From Centroscyllium fabricii (taxonomy: Eukaryota), in assembly GCA_051313645.2 (NCBI GenBank), contig JBNRSN020000031.1:3286001-3350000 (forward strand): a DNA stretch of 64,000 nucleotides, given 5' to 3'. Position 1 is the stretch's first letter. Each line of letters starts with the position of its first letter. The notes below the pieces were generated by a model. The model had not been told where the DNA came from. It saw only the letters and a list, made by a program, of their open reading frames with translations, and did no database searches. This document shows, in pieces, positions 61,491 to 64,000 of the stretch. Position numbers and translations under genes: made by a program.

Positions 61491-64000
61491 ACCAAATGCT
61501 GAGTTACCATTGGCCCGCAGGCATCTGTAAGGACTACCAATTATATTCTTGTGACCACATGCTGAGTTATCATTGGCCCACAGGCATCTGTAAGGACTAC
61601 TATTATATTCACGTAATCACAAGCTGAGTTATCATTGGACACCTGGCATCTGTAAGGACTACTATTGTATTCACGTAATCAAACGCTGAGATATCATTGG
61701 CCCACAGGCATCTGTAAGGACTACTATTGTATTCACGTAATCACATGCTGAGTTATCATTGGCCCGCAGGCATCTGTAAGGGCTACCTATTATATTCACG
61801 TAATCACATGCTGAGTTATCATTGGCCCACAGGCATCTGTAAGGACTACTATTATATTCACGTAATCATATGCTGAGTTATCATTGGTCCACAGGCATCT
61901 GTAAGGACTACCTATTATATTCACGTAATTAAATGCTGATTTATCATTGTCCCAGAGGCATCTGTAAGGACTACCTATTATAATCACGTAATCACATGCT
62001 GAGTTATCGTTGGCCCACAGGAATCTGTAAGGACTACCTATTATATTCATGTAATCACATGCTGAGTTATCATTGGCCCACAGGCATCTGTAAGGACTAC
62101 CTGTTATATTCACGTAATCACATGCTGAGTTATCATTGGCCCACAGGCATTTGGAAGGACTACCTATTATATTCACGTATTCACATGCTGAGTTATCATT
62201 GGCCCACAGGCATCTGTAAGGACTACCTTTTATATTCACGTAATCACATGCTGAATTATCATTGGCCAACAGGCATCTGTAAGGACTACCTATTATATTC
62301 ACGTAATCATATGCTGAGTTATCATCGGCCAACAGTCATCTGTAAGGACAACTTATTGTATTCAAGTAATCACATGCTGAGTTATCATTGGCCCACAGGC
62401 ATCTGTAAGGACTACCTATTATATTCACATAATCACATGCTGAGTTATCATTGGCCCACAGGCATTTGTAAGGACTACCTATTATATTCACGTAATCACA
62501 TGCTGAGTTATCATTGGCCCACAGGTATCTGTAAGGACTACCTATTATATTTACGTAATCACATGCTGCGTTATCATTGTCCCACAGGCATCTGGAAGGA
62601 CTACCTATTATATTCACGTAATCACATGCTGAAATATCATTGGACCAAAGGCATCTGTAAGGACTACCTATTATATTCACGTAATCACATGTTGAGATAT
62701 CATTGGCCCACAGGCATCTGTAAGGGCTACCTATTATATTCACGTAATCACATGTTGAGTTATCATTGGCCCACAGGCATCTGGAAGGACTATCTATTAT
62801 ATTCACGTAATCACATGCTGAGTTATCATTGGCCACAGGCATCTGTAAGGACAACCTATTATATTCACGTAATCACATGCTGAGTTATCATTGGCCCACA
62901 GGCATCTGTAAGGACTACCTATTATATTCACGTAATCAAATGCTGAGTTATCATTGGCCTGCAGGCATCTGTAAGAACTGCCTTTTATATTCACGTAATC
63001 AGATGCTGAGTTATCATTGGCCCACAGGCATCTGTAAGGACTACCTATTATATTCACGTAATCACATGCTGAGTTATCATTGGCCACAGGCATCTGTAAA
63101 GACTACCTATTATATTCACGTAATCACATGCTGAGATATCATTGGCCCACAGGCATCTGTAAGAACTACCTTTTATATTCACGTAATCACATGCTGAATT
63201 ATCATTGGCCCACAGGCATCTGGAAGGACTACCTATTATATTCACGTAATCACATTCTGATTTATAATTGGCCCACAGGCATCTGGAAGGACAACCTATT
63301 ATATTCACGTAATCACAAGCTGAAATATCATTGGACCAAAGGCATCTGTAAGGACTACCTATTATATTCACGTAATCACATGTTGAGTTATCATTGGCCC
63401 CAGGCATCTATAAGGACTACCTATTATATTCAGGTAATCACATGCTGAATTATCATTGCCCACAGGCATCTGTAAGGACTACCTATTATATTCACGTAAT
63501 CACATGCTGAGTTATCATTGCCCCACTGGCATTTGTATGGACTACCTATTATTTTCACGTAATCACATGCTGAGTTATCATCGGCCCACAGGCATCTGGA
63601 AGGACTACCTATAATATTCACGTAATCACATGCTGATTTATCATTGGACCAAAGGCATCTGTAAGGACTAATATTGTATTCACGTAATCACATGCTGAGA
63701 TATCATTGGCCCACAGGCATCTGTAAGGACTACCTATTATATTTACGTAATTACATGCTGAGTTATCATTGGCCCACAGGCATCTGGAAGGACTACCTAT
63801 TATATTCACGTAATCACATGCTGAGTTATCATTGGCCCACATGCATCTGGAAGGCCTACCTATTATATTCACGTAATCACATGCTGAATTATCATTGGAC
63901 CAAAGGCATCTGTAAGGACTACATATTATATTCACGTAATCACATGTTGAGTTATCATTGGCCCGCAAGCATCTGTAAGGACTACCTATTATATTCAGGT

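Larger units (their letters stand above)
1..64000. repeat. 63-bp tandem satellite array, about 1,020 head-to-tail monomers in one orientation, extending beyond both window edges
   Basis: The consensus TATCATTGGCCCACAGGCATCTGTAAGGACTACCTATTATATTCACGTAATCACATGCTGAGT recurs every 62-63 bp from base 1 to 64000. Monomers usually differ from it by only a few substitutions or a 1-bp deletion. No non-repeat sequence was seen. Confidence 0.99.

Noticed and set aside
62803-63134. Apparent 251-bp (4-monomer) duplication
   Set aside because: It rests mainly on one shared TTGGCCACAGG deletion, and the neighbouring monomers carry different variants.
55-63968. The many predicted ORFs as real CDSs
   Set aside because: All are translations of the same monomer on both strands. 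They begin and end at 62-bp frameshift monomers or sporadic stops and have no unique domains.
1-64000. CRISPR array or other repeat-spacer system
   Set aside because: There are no unique spacers. The whole 63 bp is conserved with only point variants, and there are no cas genes or leader.
1-64000. Diversity-generating retroelement or antigenic-variation cassette library
   Set aside because: There is no reverse transcriptase, recombinase or expression locus. Variation is not adenine-specific and is inherited in duplicated blocks.
1-64000. Tandem zinc-finger gene (Cys/His-containing repeat)
   Set aside because: The unit is 21 aa with one Cys in the + frame. It lacks CxxC...HxxxH spacing and the TGEKP linker of 28-aa C2H2 repeats.
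1-64000. Tandem tRNA, 5S, SL-RNA or telomeric repeat array
   Set aside because: No cloverleaf or recognisable A/B boxes, Sm site or 5S similarity, and no G-rich strand-biased short telomeric unit.
1-64000. Rolling-circle or sequencing concatemer artefact
   Set aside because: Variants are shared in ordered blocks over kilobases and form subfamilies, unlike random read error on a single template. Not formally excluded without reads.

Overview
The whole 64-kb window is one uninterrupted, head-to-tail tandem (satellite-type) array of a 63-bp monomer, about 1,020 copies, running off both ends. Consensus: TATCATTGGCCCACAGGCATCTGTAAGGACTACCTATTATATTCACGTAATCACATGCTGAGT, about 41% GC. I see no unique sequence, CRISPR-type spacers, transposon insertions, inversions or RNA genes. 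The ORF track is an artefact: 63 is divisible by 3 and the consensus has one stop-free frame per strand (+: YHWPTGICKDYLLYSRNHMLS; -: NIIGSPYRCLWANDNSACDYV), while recurrent 62-bp monomers break these frames. The information lies in the variant pattern. There are nested, irregular higher-order duplications (periods of 6, 9, 11, 15, 17, 19, 22, 24 and 37 monomers, plus multi-kb copies). The monomer subfamily switches at about 21.5-22.4 kb, ordered cassettes of variant monomers recur, and the single CpG is a mutation hotspot. This looks most like a eukaryotic satellite or large minisatellite. The host cannot be determined, and I cannot support a novel gene system from this sequence. Sub-repeat boundaries were read by eye and are approximate to about one monomer.
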